This document shows positions 1 through 13,510 of a stretch of DNA of 64,000 nucleotides, piece by piece (the first letter of the stretch is position 1; each line of letters opens with the position of its first letter). The stretch is from assembly GCA_013265495.1 (NCBI GenBank), contig MU058645.1:1158995-1222994 (forward strand), read 5' to 3'. A program made the position numbers and the translations under genes. The notes below the pieces were generated by a model. The model was not told where the DNA came from. It made no database searches and saw only the letters and a program-made list of their open reading frames with translations. The DNA comes from Vicugna vicugna (taxonomy: Eukaryota).

Positions 1-607
1 GTTCTCTATAGCACCCTTCCCACCACACATTCTTTAAAAAGGTGTTTGCTCCAGGATCTGACCTGTTTTGATTTAATCACTTTTCTAGAGTTTTAAGATT
101 AACCTCAAATGAATATTTTGAGTGAAGGAAAACTGAAGAGACATTCAGGCTTATAAGGTATCTTTGCATAATTACAACTTAATACCTTAAAAGTTATCTA
201 ACCAAAAACAACACAACACAAAAGGATCACATCTTACAGTGTTACCTTGAAACTGTAGTAGTATTACTGAGAACACTCCCTCTACTTCACTCCACTGACA
301 ATCCTGTAATCTTGAGCTAATTCAGTGATGTGACTCTTCAAACATGTATTTCTAAAAATCCATTCAGAACTCAAACTTAGATGCTTCAGGTTTTCAGACT
401 CTGGCATAAACAATCTTGAACTAAATGGTAGCTACCTTTATCACAATAATAGATTTGGATGAATGGAAGTGTATCACTTAAAAAAAACTTTTAAAAATGT
501 AAACCACCACCAATATCTATGGAAAATGAATATAGTATCAGCTTATAAACAACTAATTATACTCAGCCTGCTACAGAAAAGTAGTAAAGTTTTAATGAAA
601 TAAGTAC

Positions 608-800
608 TATATATATATCTATATACACACACAGATGTGTACACACATATACATACACATATATACACCCACAGTACTTATATAATTAAAGTTATAGACA
701 AATTACACACATACATGTTTATATATAAACATATTAATATATAATATATAAAAGTATATTTATTATATTAAATAAATTATTGAAATATATTAACATACAC
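608..800. repeat. Degenerate (TA)n/(CA)n low-complexity tract
   Basis: tatatatatctatatacacacacag...catatacatacacatatatacac... Confidence 0.8.
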
Positions 801-3800
801 CTGTATTTTATGAATACAGCTTATATACATTCCGTATACCTTATTCTAACTTCATCTTGTATGTTAAAATGCATGAAATTTTACATTTTTTCTGAAATTG
901 AAAATAAAGTTCTCCACATTCTGATTTACTAGATTAGGAGCATTAGAGTTAATTATACTTTACTTCTCTCACAAAGATCTAACATAAAGAGTATCTTTAG
1001 TCGCTATCTCTGAATTCTAAACCTGCCACAGCTTACTTAAGCCAAATAAACCAAATGATCAAGCATCTATATCACTGGTAACAGAGGAGTTGATTTGTTT
1101 TAAACTCTGCAAATTTCAGAGATGGCTAAACAGGCTAATTTAACTTCAACATCATATGGAAACTTACTTCTCATATGAATGCATTACGTTCAACCTAGCA
1201 CTTAAAGTAATTTAAGTGAAATTTCCAATGCCACGGACACAATTACTTGTACTTATTTTAATGAGAAAAAGTAATACTCCCACATTTCTTTCATACCTTC
1301 ATGAAAGATACCTTCATACCTTCACTCTCATGTGCACAACCTCAATAAACTGTTTCCAAAACACAGGGAATTTGTAAAAACTTTCCCTTCTACTCTTGCT
1401 TTCTCAATCACCAAAATTTCCATATTTACTTTAAAACTAAACACTTCTTTAATCCTTATATTTAAAAAGAATACAGGCTTGTCACAGCTGTATCCTTACT
1501 GTATAATGTAACGTGATACCCAGAAAATATAATCTATCAGATTAGGGTTATGTATCTAAGCAAAATCTAACAACCTCCTAAAAGTAATTCTCATTTCCCT
1601 TTGGAAACCAGTAGTTTCCATAAGTATATTAAGAAATATTATTTTTATATTTTACATTGGCATTTTTACATTTTAAACATTTACCATCCTCTGATAGGCC
1701 TCACTTCTCAATAGTCACAAATAACTCTCTAAACTTGGATGCAGATTTCTGTCAACGAATATGTATATCATGGGGGGAAAGTACACCTGAAAATACATGC
1801 TACAATATAACCAGGATTCAAGGTTAAACACTCTAAATGCTGTATGTTGCATCAAGGGTTAAATTATCCCTAAGAAATAACAAGCATTAGTTACTTAAAA
1901 AGTAACAAAGTCCAGATTTCCTATAATAGAAATTCTACCGTTCTGTGTTTAAATTTTCTAATATAAACTATCTACATACAATAGAAAACAGTAAAGACTG
2001 ATAGTTTATATGACAGAGATTCTAACAATTGAATGTTACTTATAAACCCAGAGTATTCTGCATCCTTTAAGATTGTGGTCCATCATATAAACAGCAGAAA
2101 CATGAATTACATTGCATATGACCGTAAGTATAGTAAATGGATTTCAATTCATTAAGCGTATCATGGTGAAATATAAAAACGCAACAGCATTTCAGATTTT
2201 TAATGAAATACAAAAACGTATGTGTTAAAAGCGTTATGTACAAAGCATAAGCAACTTTAAACCAACTATCTCTAACTCTTGAATAAAATGCTCAAGTGTC
2301 ATTCATCTGAACTAAACAGACCAAGCAAAACATCCTGTGAGTCCTATGTTCTCCTCAAAGTCGAAATGGGTGGATAAATTTAAAGCTTGTTCTCTCAAGA
2401 GTTGCTTTATAGGCAATTTTCTCCCAGTATCAAGGTCTGCAATTTCCATTTGGCTGCCAGTTTGCGATTAAATTCATCACCTTTATTATAAAAATGTGCT
2501 TTACTCCATGGCCTGCTGCACAAGAACTGTAAGGAAAACATTTTTCACTACTAAAGGGAAAATCACTCTAAGGCAACCACCACATCCGCTCAGACATTAG
2601 CTTTCTCAATCTGATGTAGTAGGCTATCACTCACAGGAAAAACCTGTAACAACTGTGAAACCCATAGAAATGAAATTAAATTCTATAGAAATGCCATTTT
2701 AGCTTTTTTAGGATAAAATGCAACCAATTTCCTAATTTTTGCATTCAGTGTTACTGTGAATGAATTAACCACAAGACAAAAAGTCAATATACAGAATATT
2801 TCCAAGTTCCAATAAAGAGACAGAATGATTTTTAAGTGTTGGTTAATTATCTATCTATCTTTATCCCATTATTCAAAAGTTCATGATTTGTTTTTTGCAA
2901 CTTAACTTTCACTATCTGGGCAAACAGCCAATGGACAAAATTAAGTGTAAGATACATATATTTATATAATACTTTTATCTAACCTTATCTCCTTTAGTAA
3001 GTCACAATATAAGCTTCAAAGGAAAAAAAAGTCAGAAAAGAAATAAATAATATTTCCAAAAAATAGCATTAAAGCTAGTCACCATGATATATTTAGGAAA
3101 ACAATATTACTTGTGACATTTAGATTTTTTTATAAAGATTATCTATAAAATTAAATTTAAAAAGATTACCTATAAAATCTACTTTTACAAACTTGGCCTG
3201 TACATCAAAAATTCAGAAATCTCATATTTTCAAGTAAACTTGATGGTATTCATTTTAGAATTTACAGGGGTAAAAACAGAGAGCTAAATTTCACATTAAG
3301 TGAAGCCTGTAATCAGACGAATTATCAGATCATATAATGTGAACCTAGAATAAATTGTCACTTTCCTGCTGGGAAATGATGTGGCCCCTTTCTGCCTTAA
3401 CCTGTGCATGCCTCTGTCCCAGCAGTTAAAGCACTGCTGCAGTTTCTATTTCATTCCTCTCTCCATACCATGGTATGGCTCCTTAAAAACTGGACCATAC
3501 CTTATTCATCCTTGTTATCTCCAGGACTCAGCAAAGTGCTGGATTAAAACTCTTTTAAGAAGTGTTAGAAACTAAATTACAGCAGGAATCAACATCAGTT
3601 TTCCTAAAACCACACATTAGTCACAACTAGCATTTTTTAAAGTAGAATAGAATAGAAAAATACTAGGTTACATCATAAGTAACACAACTTATTACTTCAT
3701 GAAACTTTCACTTCAGCTGTTACATGTATACATACACAACAAAATATTTCTCTCTATAGGTAGCATTTTAAAAATTTAAGATACAGAGCTTTTCTGGTTC

Positions 3801-4196
3801 ATATTTACGCCATTTTTCTGGTTCACTTCTGTACTGTCAGGACACATATACTAGCTATTCAATAAATAATGTTAACAATCAAAAAGACTCGATTTACAAA
3901 ATGAGACTTCCACTTTCCTCTTAATTATCACCACTTGCTCCAATAATTTCCTTCCCCCCTCCTTCTCAGGCTCAAAGCCACCTGCCTTTAAACATCCATA
4001 AATAAAGTAACAAAAAGTTTAGTATTCAAATTTGGACAACTTTAGACACATCTGCACAGACTATGTAACAAAGGAACAATGTCAATGTGGTACATTCCAT
4101 GATGTTCAGTTAAAATATTTCAGTTAAGAAAATCAAAGGTGAATAAAAATGAAATGTGAAAAATAAGACTCATGTTCCTTACCACCATGTAAAACA

Positions 4197-4389
4197 CAAC
4201 TGACCTCTGAACAAAGAGGTGGTTAATCTGGATATAAATTATGTCAGCCCTCCACATCCACAGTTCCTCTGCATCCATGGATTCAGCCAGCCCTGGACCT
4301 TGTAGTACCATTATTATCTACTGCTGGAAAATGTCCACATATAGGTGGCCCTGTGGAATTCAAATCCGTGTTGTTTCAAGGGTCAGTTG
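4197..4389 (+). mobile_element. Tigger2-derived MITE (Tigger2a_Art-like, TcMar-Tigger)
   Basis: Terminal inverted repeats caactgacctctgaacaa ... ttgtttcaagggtcagttg followed by TA. The internal tccatggattcagccagcc and ttcaaatccgtg match the Tigger2a-type consensus. Confidence 0.8.
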
Positions 4390-6059
4390 TACATTTTCCT
4401 ATAACCTAAAAACAAACCTAGGATTTTCTAACTCAGATCTTACATTCTCTAACTGATCCATTTATCCCTCTACTCTTTCCCTTTTCATATTTTCTTTTAT
4501 TCAAACTTACAATAGAACATATTTTTTAAGATCTCTCTCCTAAATTAATCATCCTTCAAAATTTAAATAAGCTTACACTAGCCTATGAAACTATAACCTA
4601 TACAGAACATCAACACAAACATGTCTAAATATTAGCGAAGCAATGAGAGACAGAGAATCTAGACTAAGTATTCAAAAGATACCAAGTAGCTTTCTCACTT
4701 TCACTTATCTTTACTTTGGACTTTTATCACATTGTTCTATGGTACATGATCCAGATCTATAAGGAAAGATGGAGAGAGGACAGCTTTCTCTAACAAATGA
4801 CTTTAAAAATATTTGTGTAAAATATGGACAGTGAACATTCTTATGCAAATATATACTAAATTGTTCCTAGACATAGATTCAGCCTGCAGGAAAATGCTAA
4901 TGGAGACTACCAAGAACCTGGGAGAGCCTTCTGTCTTTGATTTAACATCAGTTCAATGATCATACCACTCTGCAGATATTTCAAGGAATGAAATAATACT
5001 TAAAATAAAGACCACTCACATCAGAAGATAGTCACATTATATGAATTATCAGCCATGATATAATTCTCTATAAAGACGATTAGGCCCAAAGGTACCCTCT
5101 GGTCAATAATATAACTTACAGATACACTCCTGTTACAAGAGCCAAATGAGCTACCACTTTTGAAACCAGCAGTTTCTAATCTGTACTATGTCTTCATAAC
5201 CATATAATGAAAGGATGGAACTGATTTCTAAGATCCATTCCACCTTTAAAATCTGAATTACAGGGTTTATCTTTGAACAAGGGCAAAATATTTTTAATAA
5301 AAATGCTTTGAGCCTTCCAGGTGAAATGCTATTCTACCACTCAGCCCATGTACTTCTGCCTACTTAAAGGCTGCTGCAAATTATAAACATCATCCAAATC
5401 TCATTTTACAACAATACTGAATAACTGCTGTTAACAACAAGGAGAGTTAACATCGTATATGCACAGATTAAAAATTTAAGTTCACTGAAAAAAACTGGTT
5501 ACCAATTTACAGACTTCACAAAACTACTACATCACTGCATCTCAAGGTTTATTAAAAAATCTAACGAAGACAAATACTTTCTTTTGAAAATTTAACAATT
5601 CCTCTTTACAATTCAGTAGTTCTCCAATTTAAAATTTTTAGACTTAAACCAGGCATATTAGAACACGAATATATTCTATGTGCATATATATTTTAAAGCA
5701 TATTTCACTTTGATGTATAAACTGTCAAGATTCTACATTCATTTTCTTTTATTTAGAGAATATTTTTTAAAATAGTAGTCTACACTTTTACTTAAATAAC
5801 ATACGTTGATTTAAATAAAATTTGCTATTGAAACCTTTTGCCTCAATTGTTGTATAAAGGCAGAAAGGACACTTTTCTTACTTCCTTTAAGATGGAATTC
5901 AAAATAATCCCAAACTGAATGAAATTTAACTGTTTTTCCAAAGGATACTTTGATCTGACTTGAACCAGCATTCTCAATCAAAACCAAGATAAGATTCCCA
6001 ATTATTATTTAAACTCTTTTCTCCCTAGATCCAAAGGTCTTTATAATCCTCTTCCTAAT

Positions 6060-6310
6060 ATTTCCCACAATGTATCCTCGGACCACTAGTTTCAAGAAGA
6101 AAAGAAAAAAGGCATTCCTTTTCCAAGTGATTTCAGAAAATGCTCAGTTAAACCAAGTGAGTGTTCTTGACTGCAGATCCTAGATATGTAACATACCAAC
6201 ATATATCACAAAACAAATTCACTGAACAAGTACACGGCACTTCTCTGACTACAGAACTCTTCCATCTCAGATTACCGCAGTAGACTAGTATTACAAGGGA
6301 CAGAGTTCAC
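6060..6310. mobile_element. Degenerate hAT-Charlie DNA transposon remnant
   Basis: tttcccacaatgtatcctcggaccactagtt resembles Charlie-family termini; highly diverged. Confidence 0.4.
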
Positions 6311-9300
6311 ACTTTCCTGACGTCTCTATCAATCCATAGTTAAATTAGTAGATCTTCACTCTCTCCCCTCCAACCTAAGAGTACAATCTTTCAAGCCATT
6401 GGAGCAAAAGCAAATAGAGAGGATGATGAAATGCAGGCATAAGGCAGACCCACTACACATACGGTAGCAACTCACCTTTAGTACAGAGCTTAGACTCACC
6501 ATTCTAGAAATCACACTCACTAATCCAAATATACTTCTTCCTCCGTGCACCTAAACCCAACACAATCACCAACAGATACATACAAAAAAGAACTAAAACA
6601 AAAAGTATCATAATAAACAGTTAAGTAAATCCAAATATACTAGTAAAGCAGAACAGAAAGCCAAAGTAGGTAGGCAGAGATTAAAAAAAAAAAAAGTGAA
6701 ACAGCAAAATACTGGGAGTGGTAAGTCAAGAAAAAGAAAATCTGAAAACACGCAGCAGTCTATTACATTAACATATACTAAACAGAAATATGGAGGCAGA
6801 TGAAGAGAAAAAAAAAAAGTAAGATATAAAAAGGGAAAAATTTAAATGGGTCTCCCATTATCAACAGAACTGAATCTAAAATCCAGGCTTTTAAAGCTTT
6901 CTACAGTAAGGAATTTTTCTTTCTTTCGCCTACTTGCAACGTTCTCACATTCAAGGATAGTGTTCCCTGTTTCTAGAACACTACTCTCTTTCCTTTTCTC
7001 CACTTCAATTCTATCTGTCCATCAAGAGCCAGGTGAAATTTTACCTCTTTTCCTGCAACATTCCACAACCTACCCAGCCTGAAGTGACTTCATCTTTAGT
7101 CCTGTCCTGTTTATACTACTTTGTTACTTTTATTTCATGCAATCTACACTACTACTCAGACAACTTGAAGGTGTGGAATGAATATGTAGCTTTGCTGTAT
7201 TCTTCATAACATCACACACATAGTATACACTAAAATATTTGCAAAAAGAATAAAAAATTTCAAATAAATACGTTGTCATTAAAAACTAATATGTGAAATA
7301 TGCAACTCTGATATTACTAAAAAATTACATGTCACATAATAGCAACAACTATCTACTGGAGTGAAGCATAAAATGCTGATTTCCAATTAGCACATTACAA
7401 AAATGAAAGAGCTCACTATTCAGAGGGCCCAGTTACAAAATTTAATGACTTTATAAACAGTAAGTAATAAGCTTTTGAAACGACTGGTATTATCATCACC
7501 CAAGCTTCCTGAAAGCAAAATACGGCCAATAGACAAGAGTCAGAAAATTATAACACACCTCTAGAGGATGAACTGTGTTAGCAAATGAATTATATTATCA
7601 AAGATATTAAAATGGCAGAAGAAAATGTTCCTGATATAGTTTATTAAACACACACACACAAAGATAGTATTAGACCAGGATCACAATTCTGCCATATCCA
7701 TAAATAGAGGGGGCGTGGGGGGAAAGACTAGAAGTAAACTCACCAAAATGTTGAGTCATTATCACCGAACTATGGGTGATTTTCATTTTTCAATTGATGT
7801 ATTTTAGTTTCTTCTGTGAGATGAAGAGTACTTGTTATGATAAGAATAAATGTCTAGTTCCTTTTACCACCACATTTTTATGATTAGTAGGAGGAAGATA
7901 TTTGAGTCTCAAAAACTCTCGAAGAAACAATTCTTTAAGACACAATCTTAAAAATGTACACACAAAATTGGTCATTCCTAACTTGCACTGAAAAATCGTA
8001 ATTCACATTACGTTTCAAAGACAATATGCTATGATACCTCTCTGCCCTCATCACCTTTCCGAGGATTCAGAGACCACAGACCACACTACTGTGAAAGGTG
8101 AACTGAGAATGTCTGCATCTTTAATTCCCTATGTTTTAGTTATAACAAAAAAGAGAAAAAGAATAGTTTGGGGATAAAAGGCAAAACGCAAGTTATTATC
8201 AGTTCTACAAAGTACCACAGTAGATTTCTTCTTCTCTGGTCCTCCACATATAAACAAAGAAGACATATATATTCTTCTCTCATGTCTGAGTTCAACTCCA
8301 AGTGATAGAAGGAAAAACAGTATTTTTCAACTGACTTGGCAATTTTTAAAAAGCTCAATATATCAACTAGAAAATTTTAATTTAAATGCATTAATTATTA
8401 ACAAAATACACTTCCAGATCATATCTAAGAAGGAACTTAATATTTCTTTAACAATTGCAAAGCATACACTAACGCAAAAATATAATATTTACCTAACCAA
8501 GAAAAACTGACAAGGAATGTTATAAACTATAATAAAGTGAGATAAGATTATCTTTTTATTGCTGATAATTTTTATTACTATAATAAAACTATAATCTCCA
8601 AAAGAACTTTCTCTTTATGTAACATATAACAGTAAACTATGGAACATATTTTTTTTCTGACTTAATAAGCAGAAATCAATTGCCTGGTTAAAGACTTTAG
8701 AACTGCAAAGATAATACACAAATAGAATACCTTTAAACAAACTTGACTCAGTCTCCTGCCAAAACAAACAAAAATCCTTCAAACAACCAAACTGTAAAGG
8801 CAGAAACTGTATTTCAGAAAATTGCCATAATCAATACAATGTCCTAAACCAGTCATACTTTACATAGTCAAAATACTAACATATGGTCTTTTAAAAAGAT
8901 AAATTCTTAAAAGAAAAAAACTGATTTACATACACCCCAATATTAAATTCAGTAATTTGTATTTGTCATATTCCTGAGTTAACTATTCTCTTACAATTTA
9001 AAGGAGAAAAATTTCCTATTCTGGCAAGACGCTTACTTCTAAATGTATTTTAATCACTAAACACTGTCTTTTGTGTACTAATATCTCCATCTGCTGGACC
9101 ATAACTTTCTCACTATCAAAAGTTCTTAAGGACAAAAACTTTGCAGTAGAGATTTTGCAACTACTTAGAAATAAAATTTTAATACTTTTATTTCTACCTA
9201 GGGATTTTCTCTAACTCATAGGACTTTAAAATCTTAAAGAGCTATACTTATTCTTTTCCCAATATTATTCAGAAGAATTCACTAAATTAAAGCATTCTGC

Positions 9301-9647
9301 CTGCTATGTTCTCTTCTTTTCCTACCCTCCATGCTTAAGATATACAGAGCACTCGTCTGAACAGCACAACATTCTCCTTATAAGTCAGCTATCTTTCTGG
9401 ATCATATCTCCATAAAACACACACACTCACTAACCCAATTTTAAACTATATTTTCCTCCAATTTCTGCTGACATGGGGTAAAATCTAATAAAAACAGTAT
9501 AACAACAAAAGAACTTAGCTAATAATTGATATCAAAGGGTCAAAAACAAGATTTGGTTAAAAAAAACACAGAATATGGCTAAAGAAAGAAGAAAATTATA
9601 ATCAATTAGAAGAACGAGAGGTCATGATGTTATCTATAGTTCATAAC

Positions 9648-9716
9648 TAAAATACACAAAATATATTAAAAATGGTTAAAATACACAAAATTTATTAAAA
9701 ATGTATTAAAAACACA
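9648..9716. repeat. 29-bp tandem duplication (two copies plus partial)
   Basis: taaaatacacaaaatatattaaaaatggt / taaaatacacaaaatttattaaaaatgta / ttaaaaacaca. Confidence 0.8.
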
Positions 9717-9911
9717 TGAGTAGTTTTACTGTTATGAGCAATATTATTATTTTGAAGGTGTGTTATTTCTAATGTAAAGTAAATAAGTCATTCTGTTATT
9801 GTCAGAAACCATGTTATTTCAATGCAGGCAGACAAAGAAATGATTATAAAATTAAATATAATATTACAATTGAACTGAAAATACAAACACGAACCCATTA
9901 ATTTAAAATCG

Positions 9912-10032
9912 AGAATCTGAATATATGTATGTATACGTATAACTGAATTGCTTTGCTGTCCAACTGAAACTAACATTGTAAATAGACTATACCTCAGTAA
10001 GAAATAAGATTCTTTTTAATTAAAAAAAAAAA
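9912..10032 (+). mobile_element. L1 LINE 3' end fragment (artiodactyl type) with A tail
   Basis: tatacgtataactgaattgctttgctgtccaactgaaactaacattgtaaatagactatacctcag, followed by an A-rich tail. Confidence 0.8.
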
Positions 10033-10479
10033 TACTGTCTATCTCTGTCCACAGAAAATGGCCAATGGCCTGGACGTATGTAACCTCCACTTGACAGCAA
10101 TCAATGTTTAGTGCCTAAACTCACATCTCTAACACCATTTCCAATGAAAAGAACCGTGGAGAAAGAGCTAATCATAGCTGTGGGGAAGGTGAGCTTGGGA
10201 CATCAAACTGTCCCAAGAAGCAAGGAAGATTTCAAAAGACAAGACAACCAGTTAGGTGGTTATCACAGGCCAAAACTGTGACAATTTACACATCAAGAAG
10301 AATATTAATTGCACTGAGTCTACGAAGATCCATGAGCCCATAATGATTATCATGAAAGAAAATTATTCCTTAATCACCATTTGAGGTAGCTGGCAAACCA
10401 CCACTTTACTCTGAGAACCAACCAATAATTAATAAAAATAAGCATCTATCTGACCTTTCCATTAGGAACTTATTTTAGA

Positions 10480-11000
10480 ACAGCAAGATATTCCCTACTG
10501 ATGAGAGAAAGCTTCACCTTTTAAAGAATACTTCACAGTGGAAGGATCAGTCTACCACCACTCTAACCCAGACATCAATTTTAGGCACTAACAGTAGAAC
10601 TAGAATTGTGCCCCGAGGGTGATGCAACGTCAACTACATAGTATCACCTATGATGTCATACTTGAACCCACAGACCTAGCTTCCAAAGTATATACAGGAG
10701 TATATAAAGGAACAAACCCAGTGACAAGATAGTTATATTACCATCATAAAAAAAGAGATGGTTCTACATTAAAAAGACTTAAAGTGGTAACAATCAGATT
10801 CAATGAATGGTCCTGAGTCAGATACTGATTTACACAACCCAGTTCAGTTATAAAGAATATTTTGGGACAACTACAAAGATCTGAATATGGATTGGTTACT
10901 ACATCAAGTGTAGGATTAATCCATTTAGTTCAGTGTGAAGTCACTAGGTAAAAAATGATAGCTTTCACAGAGATATGTATATACTTAGAGAATGCAAAAA
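10480..11000 (+). mobile_element. Ancient L1M (L1MC/ME-like) 3' region
   Basis: ttaaaaagacttaaag...caatcagattcaatgaatggtcctgagtcagatactgattt...attttgggacaact...tctgaatatggattgg. Confidence 0.5.
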
Positions 11001-12204
11001 TGTCTCTAATTTACTTAAAATAATCAACATAAAAACAAATGCAATTAAATAAAAGTAAGTAAAATGGATGATTAGCATAGTATTAAAGTTCTCAGAAAGT
11101 CTTCATTATACTTGAAAACACATATAAATTTAACAATATTAGGTAAGTGAGGTTGGGCCAAAATTTTCTCCAAGTCAAACTTATTCAAGGATTCCTAAGA
11201 TTCCCCCAAACCAAGAGTTTCTTCAATTCTCTTTAATTCACATAGTAATGAAAACTCAATTTTAAACAACCAAAAATCGGGCTAACAACTGGGTAAACAA
11301 ATGAGCTCCCCACGTGTTCTCAATACTTCAATATGAATACAGTAACTTGTGGATAAAAAAATGTAATTTGTATGTATGTATGCTTATTTTCAGTCAAACA
11401 CATTTTTTTTAAAATTCCAAAGAGTTTAAATCTAAAATACAGAAAGATCAAAATATATTTGTTAAATACTTTGAGAAAATGTAACTATTTAAAAAATTTT
11501 CCTAATCTCTTAACTCTTCACACTGCATCCAAATTCTACTCCCTTAAATCCATTTATAATACACACTCTTGTTTGTTTACCCCCAAAGAGTTCATTATGG
11601 CATCCCAATATAACCCAAGCTGTCAAACATTCCTTATAAAACTTATACTAAAATCTGAACTATTCATCCTAGCATTCAAGGCCCATCAAAGTATAGCCCT
11701 AACCTAGTCTGGCTCTTCTCTTAATTCTCACTACTTCTCTGTATGTGTTTGCCATTCCAACTAACTTCATTTAAACACACCCTGTGAAGCCTTTCAATCT
11801 CTCATCACTACTGTTTTGACACTACTGCACTTTCTCTTCTGCTGAAACATCCTCCACCCTCCCATTCACCTCATTAAATCCTACCAACTATAAATACCAA
11901 CTCAGGTTCCACTTCTCAAAAAAACATTACAGGCACTTTAGCTCAAAGTGACTTCTTCTCTACTTTCAGAATGCTAGTAGTGAATGATTCTCCTGCACAT
12001 AAAAACTAGCTATACGTATGTAAATAAATCTTTCTCCTTTTTTTCTTTTTTCTGTTGTTCTCTGTGTTGCTTATCTGTCTATCCTATCAAAAACAATCTT
12101 AAAATGTTGACAGAAGTTAGAAGATGTTGCCTTAGAGTCTAAAAAGCTTTTATGCATACAATATTCTCCAGTCTCTTGAGTATCTTGATTTGAAGTTGGC
12201 AGGG

Positions 12205-12345
12205 CAGCTGATAATTCCATTTACAGATGAAGAAGCTCAGGTACAGAGAAGTTACATATCTTGCCCAAGATCACAGAACTAATTATAACTGAAAAGTCAT
12301 GTTTGGATCCCAGGTCTAGTAGTCAAAGAATCTTACTACTTTGCA
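12205..12345 (-). mobile_element. MIR SINE
   Basis: ccatttacagatgaagaagctcaggtacagagaagttacatatcttgcccaagatcacag (antisense MIR core). Confidence 0.8.
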
Positions 12346-13101
12346 ACATGGTCTCATTAGCATATGGACAGAAATACAAATTCATTTTGTGTATATCATA
12401 CACAGATATACACACACATTACAGAGCCAACACCTGAATACCGGTCATAACAATGGTGATAGCAGCAACAACAGTAGAGGATTGGGGGCACATAATTTCA
12501 GAGTAATTTATATTTGACCTTGGTTTGAAATTTTTACCTCCTTTAAAAATTTATTTGTCTGCCATGTAACAACACCTCTGAGTGATACAATTACTATAGG
12601 ATAGAAAGCAAGGTTTATACTTAATTCTTTTGCATATACTTGAAAGAAACAATGGATGCTCCAGATGTGGATTCAGGAATGGGATGCAGGGATCTGGTGC
12701 AGCTCCCATCTTCATTCAATTCACCTTCTAACTTTAGGCTGTCTTCAGAGTTGACCACCTATGCTTTTAACCACCCTAGGCTAATCTAAAACTGAAACAA
12801 GTATATATTGCTAACTTGCATCACCTAGCAATATTAAACCTCTACATTAAATCTTCCAGTCAGAAATGTTAAGTTGCCTCTTGAGTGGTTATTAAAAACA
12901 GTAATCATAATTATAAAAAGAGGAGCAACAATACTACTCACTAGGTTTATTTATACTATATTATTTTAAAAGCTAATGCTGTATCCTTTGGTTACTAAGA
13001 AGTTGAAGTGAGTAAGTTGAAAGCCTCTAAGAACACCTTTGCTCTCTTATTTTTAGCCCTTAAACTATCATAAAGATTTATCATTAAAAAAACAAATTCT
13101 A

Positions 13102-13188
13102 GGGGAGGGTACAGCTCAGTGGTAGAGGGTGTGCTTAGCATGCACAAGGTCCTGGGTTCAATCCCTAGTTACCCCCATTAAAAAAAAA
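13102..13188 (+). mobile_element. tRNA-derived SINE, camelid vic-1 type (short form)
   Basis: ggggagggtacagctcagtggtagag (A box) ... gcttagcatgcacaaggtcctgggttcaatccc (B box), plus A tail. Confidence 0.85.
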
Positions 13189-13399
13189 TCAAATCATATC
13201 AAATAAAAAAATTATAGCTCCAAAAACATGACCAGCATTTTGCTCAAGTCCAGCATACCACAGAATTAGCAAAACTCCCATTTGCTTTTCCTCATGTTCA
13301 CAACCTGAGGCAACAACAGTGGATTTTCAGTACACGGACTTATTCTGGGTTTTTCTCTCTAGTTCCACTTAGGGAATGGCACATTCACCAAATAGACCA

Positions 13400-13510
13400 C
13401 CTTGCCTTGTGATCTGGACTAGTCTCAATCTCTCCATACCTCGGTCTCTGCACTTATGAAATGAAGGCCTTATCCCTCAACTCTCAGGACCCTGGTAGCT
13501 CTAAAATCCC
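13400..13510 (+). mobile_element. Degenerate MIR
   Basis: tgtgatctggactagtctcaatctctccatacctcggtctctgcacttatgaaatg. Confidence 0.5.

Noticed and set aside
13102..13175. tRNA-Ala-like gene (also 60000-60074)
   Set aside because: Has A/B boxes but a SINE-type 5' end, a degenerate cloverleaf and an A-rich tail, so it is a retroposed SINE.
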